Part shown: positions 38,478 to 47,991 of the stretch, piece after piece
Position numbering within the stretch: position 1 is the stretch's first letter
Layout of the letters: each line of letters begins with the position of its first letter
Assembly: GCA_963664705.1 (NCBI GenBank)
Contig: OY761556.1
Coordinates: 4,352,001-4,416,000 of the forward strand
Origin: Acidobacteriota bacterium
Lineage (GTDB): Bacteria; Acidobacteriota; UBA6911
Length of the DNA stretch: 64,000 nucleotides
Direction of reading: 5' to 3'
Position numbers and translations under genes: made by a program
The notes under the pieces: model-generated
Database searches by the model: none
Seen by the model: the letters and a program-made list of their open reading frames with translations, nothing else
What the model was told of the DNA's origin: nothing

Positions 38478-39740
38478 ATGAATTGGAAACGGTTTCGGCG
38501 GTGGAAAGCCAGCTTTATCATCTTCCTGAGCGTCCTTGGGCCAGGCATTATCACGGCCAACGTGGATAACGATGCCGGAGGCATCTTTACCTATTCCGTA
38601 GCCGGAGCCCGATTTGGCTATTCACTTTTGTGGACTTTGATCCCTATCACGGTGGCATTGATCGTGGTGCAGGAAATGGTCGCCCGCATGGGAGTGGTCA
38701 CGGGCAAGGGGCTGGCAGACCTCATCCGGGAAGAATATGGATTCCGAACAACATTCCTGCTCATGGCACTTCTGCTCCTGACCAATTGGGGCAATACCAT
38801 TTCTGAATTCGCCGGTCTGGCATCGGGCATGTCGGTATTTCACGTCAGCCGCTTCATATCCGTCCCCCTGGGAGCCATCCTGGTATGGCTGCTTGTGGTC
38901 CGAGGCACTTCCCAACTCGTAGAAAAAGTCTTCCTGGCCGCCTGCTTTTTTTACGTTTCGTATCTGATTTCCGGTTTTCTTGCCAAGCCTGATTGGAAGA
39001 TGGCGGCGATGGGGACTCTCGTCCCAAGCATGAAGTTCAGTACCGGCGACCTTTATATGATCATCGGCCTTGTCGGAACTACCATCGCCCCGTGGATGCA
39101 ATTCTATCTTCAAGCCGCTGTGGTTGAAAAAGGGATCAAGCTCGAAAATTATCGACAGTCGCGCTGGGATGTTATTCTCGGCTGCATCATCGTGGACATT
39201 GTTGCATTTTTCATCATTGTTGCCTGTGCGGCAACCATCTATATCAGCGGCCATCAGCGGATAGACAATGCGGCAGACGCCGCTCTCGCACTAAAACCTT
39301 TGGCTGGAAAAGCCGCGAGCGCGCTGTTCGCAATCGGGTTGTGCAATGCCTCCCTATTCGCCGCCAGCATCCTTCCGCTGGCAACGGCTTACACGGTCTG
39401 CGAAGGACTGGGATTCGAATCGGGAATTGACAAACGTCCCCACGAAGCTCCCGCTTTTTATTCCCTCTATACGGGCCTGATCATTCTTGGCGCGCTGGCG
39501 GTGCTTCTCCTGAGTGAGAGCAAGCAGGTACCTATCATCCTGTTTTCCCAGGTTGCCAACGGCATTCTTCTGCCCTTCGTTCTCATTTTCATGCTGAGGC
39601 TTTGCAACCGCGAAGATCTGATGGGTGCACATAAAAACACGCGCACATTCAATGTTATCGCCTGGATTACATGCGCTGTGATCATCCTCCTTACTGCATT
39701 ACTGGTTATCACATCCTTCATGCCCAAGTATCTTCCTTAG
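38478..39740 (+). CDS. NRAMP-family divalent metal transporter
   Basis: GPGIITANVDNDAGGI, QEMVARMGVVTGKGL and GTTIAPWMQF. Confidence 0.88.
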   Translation: MNWKRFRRWKASFIIFLSVLGPGIITANVDNDAGGIFTYSVAGARFGYSLLWTLIPITVALIVVQEMVARMGVVTGKGLADLIREEYGFRTTFLLMALLLLTNWGNTISEFAGLASGMSVFHVSRFISVPLGAILVWLLVVRGTSQLVEKVFLAACFFYVSYLISGFLAKPDWKMAAMGTLVPSMKFSTGDLYMIIGLVGTTIAPWMQFYLQAAVVEKGIKLENYRQSRWDVILGCIIVDIVAFFIIVACAATIYISGHQRIDNAADAALALKPLAGKAASALFAIGLCNASLFAASILPLATAYTVCEGLGFESGIDKRPHEAPAFYSLYTGLIILGALAVLLLSESKQVPIILFSQVANGILLPFVLIFMLRLCNREDLMGAHKNTRTFNVIAWITCAVIILLTALLVITSFMPKYLP

Positions 39741-39804
39741 GAGTCTCCCGTCTCCTGACTTCTGTGTTAAAATTGACGGCTAAATCATCAAAGAGGAGCA
39801 TGCA

Positions 39805-40992
39805 ATGACCGTCGCCAATGTGATTCAGCAGCAACTTGAGCGCTCATCCTGGATTCGTAAGATGTTCGAAGAGGGCATTCGACTGAAGGCAGAACGGGGG
39901 GCAGAAAATGTTTTTGATTTTTCGCTCGGCAACCCGGCAGAAGATCCTCCTAAAGGTGTGATGTCCACGTTCCGCCGCTTGGCGGAGAAAAATGCTCCTG
40001 GATCCCACGGATATATGCCGAACTCCGGCTACCCTGCCACGCGCAGAGCGGTTGCGCAGCGCTTGCAGAGAGACACGGGCCTCGAGTATACCGAGAATCA
40101 TGTGATGATGACGGTGGGTTGCGCGGGCGCCATGAACGCGGCCCTCAAGGCTCTTTTGGATCCCGGGGATGAGGTCATCGTCCTGATGCCATTCTTTCCT
40201 GATTATCAGTTTTACATTACCAATCATGGTGGCCGAATGGTTTCGGTGGAAACCGATGAAGATTTCTCCATTGACGTTGCCGCGATCGAGGCAAAAATAA
40301 CACCTCGCACCAAGGCCATCATTCTGAACTCACCCAACAATCCAAGCGGAGTCATCTATTCCGAGTCGGTACTGCAAAAGCTGGAATCTCTGCTCCAGCG
40401 CGCCGGGCACACCATTGTGGTGATCAGCGATGAACCCTATAAATCCATCGTTTACGATGGCGGCAAGTGCCCCGAAATAGCGTCTACCATTTCGAACTGC
40501 ATTATTACAACTTCGTGGTCGAAGACCTGGGCCGTAGCCGGCGAGCGCATTGGGTATTTGGCTATTTCGCCCAAGATCCCTGGCGCGGATGCTTTGGCAA
40601 ACGCCTGCAACTTTACCAATCGTATCCTCGGATACATCAATGCGCCGGCGATCTGGCAGTTGGTTGTGGCGGAGGCGCCGGAAGAAATCACCGATCTCGC
40701 AGCATACCAGGAAAAGCGGGACCTCATGTGCGATGGTCTTGCCAAGCTTGGCTATGCAGTGCAAAAACCCCAGGGAGCCTTTTATGTCTTTTTAAAAACT
40801 CCCCTAAAGGATGATCTGGCCTTTTCGCGTATTCTGCAGGAACAGGGCGTTCTCGCAGTGCCGGGTGCCGGATTCGGCCGTGGAGGTTATGTGCGCCTGT
40901 CGCTGACGGTACCAAGAGATACGATTGTTCGCTCCCTGCCGGCATTCGGAAGGGCACTCGAAAAGGTGCCGTCGCTGTCTGCAACAAAGTAG
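39805..40992 (+). CDS. PLP-dependent aminotransferase class I/II
   Basis: NSPNNPSG, SDEPY and SWSK....GERIGY. Confidence 0.92.
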   Translation: MTVANVIQQQLERSSWIRKMFEEGIRLKAERGAENVFDFSLGNPAEDPPKGVMSTFRRLAEKNAPGSHGYMPNSGYPATRRAVAQRLQRDTGLEYTENHVMMTVGCAGAMNAALKALLDPGDEVIVLMPFFPDYQFYITNHGGRMVSVETDEDFSIDVAAIEAKITPRTKAIILNSPNNPSGVIYSESVLQKLESLLQRAGHTIVVISDEPYKSIVYDGGKCPEIASTISNCIITTSWSKTWAVAGERIGYLAISPKIPGADALANACNFTNRILGYINAPAIWQLVVAEAPEEITDLAAYQEKRDLMCDGLAKLGYAVQKPQGAFYVFLKTPLKDDLAFSRILQEQGVLAVPGAGFGRGGYVRLSLTVPRDTIVRSLPAFGRALEKVPSLSATK

Positions 40993-41108
40993 AGATGTTT
41001 TTCGTCGGTTTTGCCGATCCAGTCTAGATGGCCTGAAGAATACAGGGATAGCCTTATAAGTTGAAGTATTGGCAGGCTTTTGTCGTATAATTCAAGCTTA
41101 ATGGGAGG

Positions 41109-41987
41109 TTGCGCTTGAAGATAGACGATCTGAACGAAATTCCGCCATGGGAATGGCCGGAAGAAGCGGCGGCTCTCGTGGTCGATACGCTGGCGGATCG
41201 AAGCGCTCCGGCCGCGAGCCGACTGCTGGCCACAGAACTGGCAGGCAATCTGGTTATTTTGAATGAAGATATTGCGAATGCGCTTTTGGAGATGATCCAA
41301 TCATCCGAAGAGGCTCCCGAATTGCGCGCTCAGGCTGCCATCTCTTTGGGGCCCGGCCTGGAAGAAGCGGACCTCGCGGACTATGACGACCCGGATGACA
41401 CGGCTGCATTCTCCACGGAATTTGTTCAGAAAATTCAGCGCACATTCAGGGCTTTATATTCGGATGTCAAAATCGACAAAAGTGTACGACGCTCGGTGCT
41501 TGAATCATCCGTGAGAAACCCCCAGGACTGGCATTCCGCCGCCATCAAAAAAGCCTATGCCGGCAATGACATGGATTGGCGGCTGACGGCTGTCTTCTGC
41601 ATGCGGTTTGTTCAGGGATTTAAGGAACAGATCTTGGAGTCGCTGAAAAGTGCCGACTCCAACATCCATTTCAATGCGATCGAGGCTGCGGGCAACTGGG
41701 AATTGGATGAAGCATGGCCCCACGTCGCAAAATTGATCACATCCTCCAAAACGGAAAAGCCGATTCTCATTGCCGCCATCATGGCGGCAGCCTGCATTCG
41801 TCCTCACGAAACGGATATAATTGAACCTCTGGTCGATTCCTATGATGAGGATATCTCCGAAGCGGCCATGGATGCTCTGACGGAAGCCGGCATGGCGGAA
41901 GATTGGGAATCCGATCTGGAGGATGAAAATTTTGCGGATGCCTTTGATATTGAAGATGATGAAGGCGATGATAAGGGCAAAAAATAA
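41109..41987 (+). CDS. Hypothetical acidic HEAT-repeat-like helical protein
   Basis: Long ORF with a GGAGG RBS, repeated Ala/Leu helices (LRAQAAISLG, AIEAAG) and a very acidic C-terminus. Confidence 0.6.
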   Translation: MRLKIDDLNEIPPWEWPEEAAALVVDTLADRSAPAASRLLATELAGNLVILNEDIANALLEMIQSSEEAPELRAQAAISLGPGLEEADLADYDDPDDTAAFSTEFVQKIQRTFRALYSDVKIDKSVRRSVLESSVRNPQDWHSAAIKKAYAGNDMDWRLTAVFCMRFVQGFKEQILESLKSADSNIHFNAIEAAGNWELDEAWPHVAKLITSSKTEKPILIAAIMAAACIRPHETDIIEPLVDSYDEDISEAAMDALTEAGMAEDWESDLEDENFADAFDIEDDEGDDKGKK

Positions 41988-42081
41988 CTAGCAACTTTAT
42001 AGGACTGTTCTCATCCGGACTAATGTAACAGTAATTGAACTTAGTCGTTTGACGTATACCCAACTATATAAGGAGTTGTCG

Positions 42082-42387
42082 ATGAAGACTGTTTCCGTTG
42101 TATTAGCTTTAGTTCTGCTTGCTGCCGGCTCGCTGACCCTCTGGGCCGCCGAAGACGGTGCCGCCCTCTACAAAGGCAAATGCGCCATGTGCCATGGCGA
42201 AAAGGGAGAAGGCAAGGCTGCCATGAATATGCCCGCGGTAAAGGGAACGAAGATGACTGCCGAACAGATCGTAACCTATCTGACCAAAGGCGAAGCAGGA
42301 AAAAAAGCTCCCCACGCCAATCCAATCAATGGTTTCAATGAAGCACAGGCAAAAGCGGTTGCAGATTGCGTGAAAGCCCTGAAATAA
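42082..42387 (+). CDS. Monoheme class I cytochrome c (c553-like)
   Basis: Signal peptide, GAALYKGKCAMCHG (CxxCH) and an AAGGAG RBS. Confidence 0.9.
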   Translation: MKTVSVVLALVLLAAGSLTLWAAEDGAALYKGKCAMCHGEKGEGKAAMNMPAVKGTKMTAEQIVTYLTKGEAGKKAPHANPINGFNEAQAKAVADCVKALK

Positions 42388-42439
42388 GCTGTCATAGATA
42401 CAAAATAAAAGGGGCTGGTCTCCGAAAATCCTGAAAAAA

Positions 42440-43201
42440 TCAGGGCGTCGCGGTGACAGCCCCTTTACTACATACGGGACATTCGGGGTTTTTGCTGATT
42501 TTGAATTCCCGAAATGTCATGTCATACCCGCAGAAGCACAGTAGCCTGCCTGTCAGCAAACCCTCCAGACCCAGGAGCACCTTAATCGTCTCAATTGCCT
42601 GAATGCATGCAATCAGCCCGGGCACGGGGCCAAGAATTCCCGGCGGCGTCGGGTTCGAATCGGCTGGACTTTCCGGAAACACGCATTCCAGGCAGGCAGT
42701 CTTGCCCGGAATAATTGTAGTGGCCAGGCCATCCAACTGATGGACGCCGCCGTAAACATATGGAATTCCCTTTGCAACGGCCACGGCATTCAGAAATCTC
42801 CGGGTCCGCATATTGTCCATGGCATCGACAATCACAGAACAGCCGTCGACAAGTTCAGCACAATTCTGCCCGGTTATTTCCGCCTGTATTGCATCGATGG
42901 TCGGGTATGGATTCAGATTCCTCAGTTTTCGTGATCCCGATACTGATTTCCATTCATCGATATCACTGGTCCAATGAATGATCTGCCGGTTAAGGTTGCT
43001 ATAGTCAACTTTATCCTTGTCTACAATTCTTAAAAAACCGACTCCGGCCGCCGTCAGGTAATAGGAAGAAATGGAGCCCAGCCCGCCAATCCCGGCGATG
43101 AAGACTCTGGATGCTTTCAGCTTGCGCTGGCCTTCTTCTCCGACCTCAGGAATGATGATCTGCCGGTTGTATCGCTGCAGTTCTTCGGCCGTGAATTCCA
43201 T
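42440..43201 (-). CDS. HesA/MoeB/ThiF-family adenylyltransferase
   Basis: RYNRQII, GIGGLGS, SNLNRQ and CLEC...CPVC. Confidence 0.9.
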   Translation of the reverse strand: MEFTAEELQRYNRQIIIPEVGEEGQRKLKASRVFIAGIGGLGSISSYYLTAAGVGFLRIVDKDKVDYSNLNRQIIHWTSDIDEWKSVSGSRKLRNLNPYPTIDAIQAEITGQNCAELVDGCSVIVDAMDNMRTRRFLNAVAVAKGIPYVYGGVHQLDGLATTIIPGKTACLECVFPESPADSNPTPPGILGPVPGLIACIQAIETIKVLLGLEGLLTGRLLCFCGYDMTFREFKISKNPECPVCSKGAVTATP

Positions 43202-43287
43202 ATACCTCTCTTCCGGATTGGATGCCGCGTGCAAAGATCCGGGGGAAAGATCTCGAATCTTTGCACTGAACATCGGCTTGAAGAAGG

Positions 43288-43743
43288 CTACCAGACTTCA
43301 GGGAAAGCCATGTTTGTGTAGATATCCTCCAACCGGCTTTTGTGGCCCTTTTCCATCTTGGCCAGTTCCAGGAATACTTTCTTTTCTTCTGGATCTACAG
43401 CAATCTGGGACAGCTTGGTATACATCTGCATGGCATCCAGTTCTTTTCGGATAGCAAGAGTGATGCCATCGATCGGTTTTAAGTCAATCGTCAAGGGAGG
43501 AATTTCCAAAGTCTCCGCAAGCTTGTAATCCACAGTCTCATCGATACTCAGATCACTCAATCCCTTGTTCAGAATCCCTTCGAGAAATTCCTTGTGCCCC
43601 GTTTCATCGCCTGCAAGTTCAGAAAAAATACTCTTCAAATTGGGATCCTGGACCTTCTCAGAGACTTCACGATAATAGCCGTACGCCTCGATTTCGCCGT
43701 CAATGGCATGGGCGATAATGGCTTTGAATGTTTCAGGCTTCAT
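43288..43743 (-). CDS. Ferritin-like / rubrerythrin-family protein
   Basis: Two E..A...Y / E..H diiron motifs (DETGH, MEKGH). Confidence 0.85.
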   Translation of the reverse strand: MKPETFKAIIAHAIDGEIEAYGYYREVSEKVQDPNLKSIFSELAGDETGHKEFLEGILNKGLSDLSIDETVDYKLAETLEIPPLTIDLKPIDGITLAIRKELDAMQMYTKLSQIAVDPEEKKVFLELAKMEKGHKSRLEDIYTNMAFPEVW

Positions 43744-43826
43744 GCTGGCTCTCCTCTTTAATAATCGCCTCAATCATATCCGGTATCCCGTCCCGGTAAA
43801 ATAACTTCTTGCAGCCAAAGAAGGAT

Positions 43827-43858
43827 CCTGGACACCCACTGTAAACCTGGACACCCAC
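43827..43858 (+). repeat. Two direct copies of CCTGGACACCCAC (left flank of the transposase)
   Basis: Copies at 43827-43839 and 43846-43858. Confidence 0.85.
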
Positions 43859-43925
43859 TATTTTTGAATATTTCTTCGCTCAATTCCCATGGTTCGCCAT
43901 TAGTAACTATGCAAGGAGGCAAACC

Positions 43926-44969
43926 ATGGGATTGGCAAGAAACAACTATGTCATCGAAGGGGAGGAAGGTGTTTATCACTGCATCAGCCGATGCGTCCGC
44001 AGAGCTTATCTTTGCGGATATGACCCGCTTAGCGGCCGGGACTTCTCCCATCGCAAAAAATGGATTCTCGATCGTTTGAAACATCTTGCCGGCATCTTCG
44101 CCATCGACGTATGCGCTTACGCCATCATGGAAAACCACGTGCATTCCATCTTGCGCACTCGACCCGACATTCTTCGCTCCTGGTCTGATTCCGATGTCGC
44201 CGCTCGCTGGCTTGAGCTCTGCCCCAGGAAACCTCGCATCTGCAAACAACCCATTCCTTCTCTAGATAAACAGATCCAGGCATTAATCGATTGTCCGGAA
44301 CGTATTGCTGTTCTGCGCAAGCGGTTGGGCAGCTTGAGCTGGTTCATGTCCAAATTCAATGAATTCATCGCGCGCAAGGCCAACAAGGAGGATATCGTCA
44401 AGGGCCGCTTCTGGGAATCCCGCTTCAAATGCCAGGCACTCCTGGATGGCCCCGCTATCACAGCCTGCATGGTCTATGTTGATTTGAATCTGGTCCGGGC
44501 CGGTATTGCTTCTACTCCCGAAGACAGCGACTTCGCCAGCATCCAGGAGCGTCTCCGCGCCTGGCATCGCCAATCCTTGTCCCAGCAACCAGCCTCTCAA
44601 CCCAGTGATTCGGACCCGGCTTTCGATCATTCTCCACTTGAAACTGCTTCCGACAGCTGGCTGGCTCCGATTCAGTCCACCCCCGGCCGACGGGGCATCC
44701 TCGACATATCCGCAGCCGAATATTTTGATCTGGTCGACCGATCGGGACGCATGATTCGCTCTGATAAGCCCGGGTTCATCGACGCCCGCCTTGCCCCGAT
44801 CCTGAATCGCATCGGAGCTGTTCCCAAGGAATGGAGGGAAACCATATCTCATTTTGGTTCCACATTCCTGCTGGCCGCTGGCAGCCTGACCCACATGCGT
44901 GAATTCGCAGACCGGCTCAACCGGCATTGGTTCAAAGGCTTGTCGACCGCTCGATCCGTTTTCGCATAG
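43926..44969 (+). mobile_element. HUH/Y1 tyrosine transposase, REP-associated (RAYT-like, long type)
   Basis: YHCISRCVRR, MENHVH (HUH), GRFWESRFK and YVDLN (catalytic Tyr); flanked by inverted repeat clusters. Confidence 0.85.
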
Positions 44970-45162
44970 TCCGGAGTATTCTGGACTCAGCGCATTTTCG
45001 GGATTAATCCAATGTCCGCCTGCCTACCCGCGTAAAATACTCTCGAATAGCTCATCAACTACGAAGAACATCACAATTCTTCTTATGGTATTCTCCAACA
45101 GCTCGCATCGAAAGTCGGAGCTTTTCTACCGGGATCTTTCCCGAAACTCCTCGCTCGGTTTT

Positions 45163-45294
45163 CCGAACAGATCATAGGTGTCCAGGTTCTGAGGTTCTCC
45201 AAAATGGTGGGTGTCCAGGTTCTCCCCCCCCGAACTCCCCCCCCGAACAAATCATGGGTGGCCAGATCTTCCGTCTTCCCGTGGGTGTCCAGGT
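45163..45294 (-). repeat. Four copies of (G)TGGGTGTCCAGG, the inverse of the left-flank repeat
   Basis: AGGTGTCCAGGT 45176-45187, GTGGGTGTCCAGGT 45207-45220, ATGGGTGGCCAGAT 45254-45267 and GTGGGTGTCCAGGT 45281-45294. Confidence 0.85.
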
Positions 45295-45453
45295 CTTCCC
45301 CAGGTTTTCCCCGAATAGACAACCTCCGACCTATTTGCTAATGTTGGATTTCCATTGTGGAAACGGTTGATCACGACGATGAAGAAATGGTAGTCGTTTT
45401 ACGTGGCATAATGAAAGGCGGGCCTGAACCTCGTATATGCGATCGGCGGAAAA

Positions 45454-47367
45454 ATGACAGAGCCAACCCGAATCAACCACGATGTCAGCATCGTAACCGA
45501 GGACGATCTCTACCTCTTTAACGAGGGATCGCACTTTCGTCTATATGATAAGCTGGGCGCGCACCTTTTAAGTGTCGGAGGCGAGCCAGGAACCTATTGC
45601 GCTGTTTGGGCGCCCAATGCCGAGCAGGTCTCCGTAATAGGCGATTTTAACGGCTGGGATTGTGACAGCCACCCATTGCGGCCTCGCGGCAACTCCGGCC
45701 TTTGGGAAGGATTCCTCCCTGGAATCGGCAAGGGAACCCAGTATAAGTATCGCATCGCCACCCGGTATTTCGGGTACGTCGTCGACAAAGCCGATCCGTT
45801 CGCCTTTTATTCTCAACTATCGCCGGATACGGCTTCGATTGTATGGGACCTCGAATACGAATGGCAGGATGCCAAATGGATGGCGGAAAGGCGCGCAAGC
45901 CAATCCTTCCGCTCCCCAATGTCAATTTATGAGATTCATGTCGGATCCTGGCGACGCATTCCGGAAGAAAACAACCGCCCGCTCACGTACCGCGAAATGG
46001 CCCCGCAGCTTGCCGAATACATCCATCAAACGGGGTTCACGCATGTCGAGATCCTGCCAATCATGGAGCACCCGTTTTACGGCTCCTGGGGATATCAGGT
46101 CACCGGCTTCTTCGCACCGACCAGCCGGTACGGAACGCCGCAGGATTTTATGTATTTCGTCGACTACCTGCACCGGCAAGGAATCGGCGTAATTCTGGAC
46201 TGGGTACCTTCCCATTTCCCAAACGATGAACATGGCCTCAGCTTTTTTGACGGGACCCATCTATTCGAACATGCCGACCCTAAAAAAGGAATGCACCCCG
46301 ACTGGAATACGTGCATCTTCAACTACGGTCGTAATGAGATCCGAAGTTTTCTGATCAGCAGCGGGCTGTTTTGGCTGAATAAATACCACATCGACGGACT
46401 GCGCATGGATGCGGTCGCTTCCATGCTCTACCTCGATTATTCACGCAAGGACGGAGAATGGATTCCCAACCAGTATGGCGGTCGGGAAAACCTGGAGGCG
46501 GTCGACTTTATCCGCCGGTTTAATCAGGAAGCCTATAGGGCGCATCCTGACATCCAGGTGATCGCTGAGGAATCCACGGCATGGCCCATGGCTACAAAGC
46601 CACCATATGTCGGCGGGCTTGGGTTTGGATATAAGTGGGATATGGGCTGGATGCACGATACGCTTCGCTACATGAGCCAGGATCCGGTGTATCGCAAATA
46701 CCACCACAACGAACTGACCTTCCGATCCCTGTACTCGTTTTCCGAAAATTTCGTCCTTCCTCTATCCCATGACGAAGTGGTACACGGGAAAGCGTCCCTT
46801 TTGTCAAAAATGCCCGGCGACTACTGGCAGCGCTTCGCCAACCTCCGCCTTCTTCTGGGCTATATGTATGCCCAGCCAGGGAAAAAGATGCTATTCATGG
46901 GCGGCGAGATAGGACAATGGCGCGAGTGGGACCACAATGGAAGTTTGGATTGGAATCTGCTTCAATACGGCCCTCACCTGGGACTGCAACAATGGGTGCA
47001 GGATATCAACAGGTTGTACCGCTCCGAGCCAGCACTTCAACTGGATGCGGATCCGGCAGGATTTGAATGGATCGATGGCAACGATGCAGACAATAGCATC
47101 ATCTCCTTCCTGCGAAAATCAACTTCCGGGAGCTCCATTCTGGTGATCTGCAACTTCACGCCAGTCCCAAGGAATAACTACCGCGTGGGTGTGCCCGCAG
47201 GTGGCTCCTGGCATGAACTGCTCAACAGCGATGGGAAAGAATACTGGGGCAGCGGCATGGGAAATTCCAGCCGCGTAATGTCCGAAAAGGTGCCGCTGCA
47301 CGGCCGGGATCATTCACTGAACCTGATCGTCCCGCCGCTATCCATTGAATTCCTCAAACTGGAATAA
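45454..47367 (+). CDS. glgB: 1,4-alpha-glucan branching enzyme (GH13)
   Basis: VWAPNA, SWGYQ, DWVPSHF, GLRMDAVASMLY, AEEST and LSHDEVVHGK. Confidence 0.96.
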   Translation: MTEPTRINHDVSIVTEDDLYLFNEGSHFRLYDKLGAHLLSVGGEPGTYCAVWAPNAEQVSVIGDFNGWDCDSHPLRPRGNSGLWEGFLPGIGKGTQYKYRIATRYFGYVVDKADPFAFYSQLSPDTASIVWDLEYEWQDAKWMAERRASQSFRSPMSIYEIHVGSWRRIPEENNRPLTYREMAPQLAEYIHQTGFTHVEILPIMEHPFYGSWGYQVTGFFAPTSRYGTPQDFMYFVDYLHRQGIGVILDWVPSHFPNDEHGLSFFDGTHLFEHADPKKGMHPDWNTCIFNYGRNEIRSFLISSGLFWLNKYHIDGLRMDAVASMLYLDYSRKDGEWIPNQYGGRENLEAVDFIRRFNQEAYRAHPDIQVIAEESTAWPMATKPPYVGGLGFGYKWDMGWMHDTLRYMSQDPVYRKYHHNELTFRSLYSFSENFVLPLSHDEVVHGKASLLSKMPGDYWQRFANLRLLLGYMYAQPGKKMLFMGGEIGQWREWDHNGSLDWNLLQYGPHLGLQQWVQDINRLYRSEPALQLDADPAGFEWIDGNDADNSIISFLRKSTSGSSILVICNFTPVPRNNYRVGVPAGGSWHELLNSDGKEYWGSGMGNSSRVMSEKVPLHGRDHSLNLIVPPLSIEFLKLE

Positions 47368-47493
47368 TCCGCAAGGATCGGGCGGTTTCCTTCCTGCACA
47401 GGCATGCCTCTAGTCTTCGTTCCGGAGTGGAGAACATCGAAACATCCCGATTTTTGCTAAGCTAGTTTCCCCCCAATACTTAACGTAAGCCAG

Positions 47494-47844
47494 CTATTTC
47501 TTCTCAACAGGATAGCCCGCCTGAATCCAGGCATCAAATCCGCCCAACAATGGATGGACATCCCGGAACCCAAGTGTCGCCAGCATTTCCGCCACACGGG
47601 CGCTCGAAGCTTCATTGGGTCAGGTACAATAGGGAATCATCATCCGGTCGCGAGGAATTCCAACCACGTGCGTGCGCACCTCATCGGCGGGCATGCGAAC
47701 TGCCCGGGGAAGTTTTACTTTAGATCCCTCCCACGCTTGCGGATTGCGGGAATCGATAAAGAGAATCGGTTCTCCCCGCTCATACCGCCTGAAAGCATCA
47801 TCCGCCGTTATTCTCGCTATTTCGGATGGCATTGGATTTCTCAT
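47494..47844 (-). CDS. Rhodanese-domain selenoprotein (YCT-U-PNE, CxU), about 116 aa
   Basis: In-frame TGA at 47620-47622. Read-through gives PNEASSARVAEMLATLGFRDVHPLLGGFDAWIQAGYPVEKK*, the canonical rhodanese C-terminus. SECIS-like hairpin CGCC-CGTGT-GGCG downstream; AGGAG RBS before ATG 47844. Confidence 0.85.
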
Positions 47845-47954
47845 AAGCGTTGCTCCTAGAAAACTCAAAACCAAAACCACTGCTATCGATGCAATTGGCG
47901 AGCCACATTTTCCAGGAGACAGGAGCCGAGAGACCGGGGGATCAACTTGGGGAC

Positions 47955-47977
47955 GGGGGCATCCCTCGGATGCCCCC
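47955..47977. terminator. GC-rich hairpin downstream of fdhF
   Basis: GGGGGCATCC-CTC-GGATGCCCCC. Confidence 0.6.
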
Positions 47978-47991
47978 AATTTTTCTGCAGT

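Noticed and set aside
45163-45300. Possible mini-CRISPR (repeats with spacers)
   Set aside because: Repeats are only about 13 nt with irregular spacing, and they mirror the left flank of the transposase.
47620-47979. Track ORF boundaries for the rhodanese
   Set aside because: The 5' extension runs through a hairpin/repeat region, the better RBS is at ATG 47844, and the 3' end extends past the TGA to 47494.
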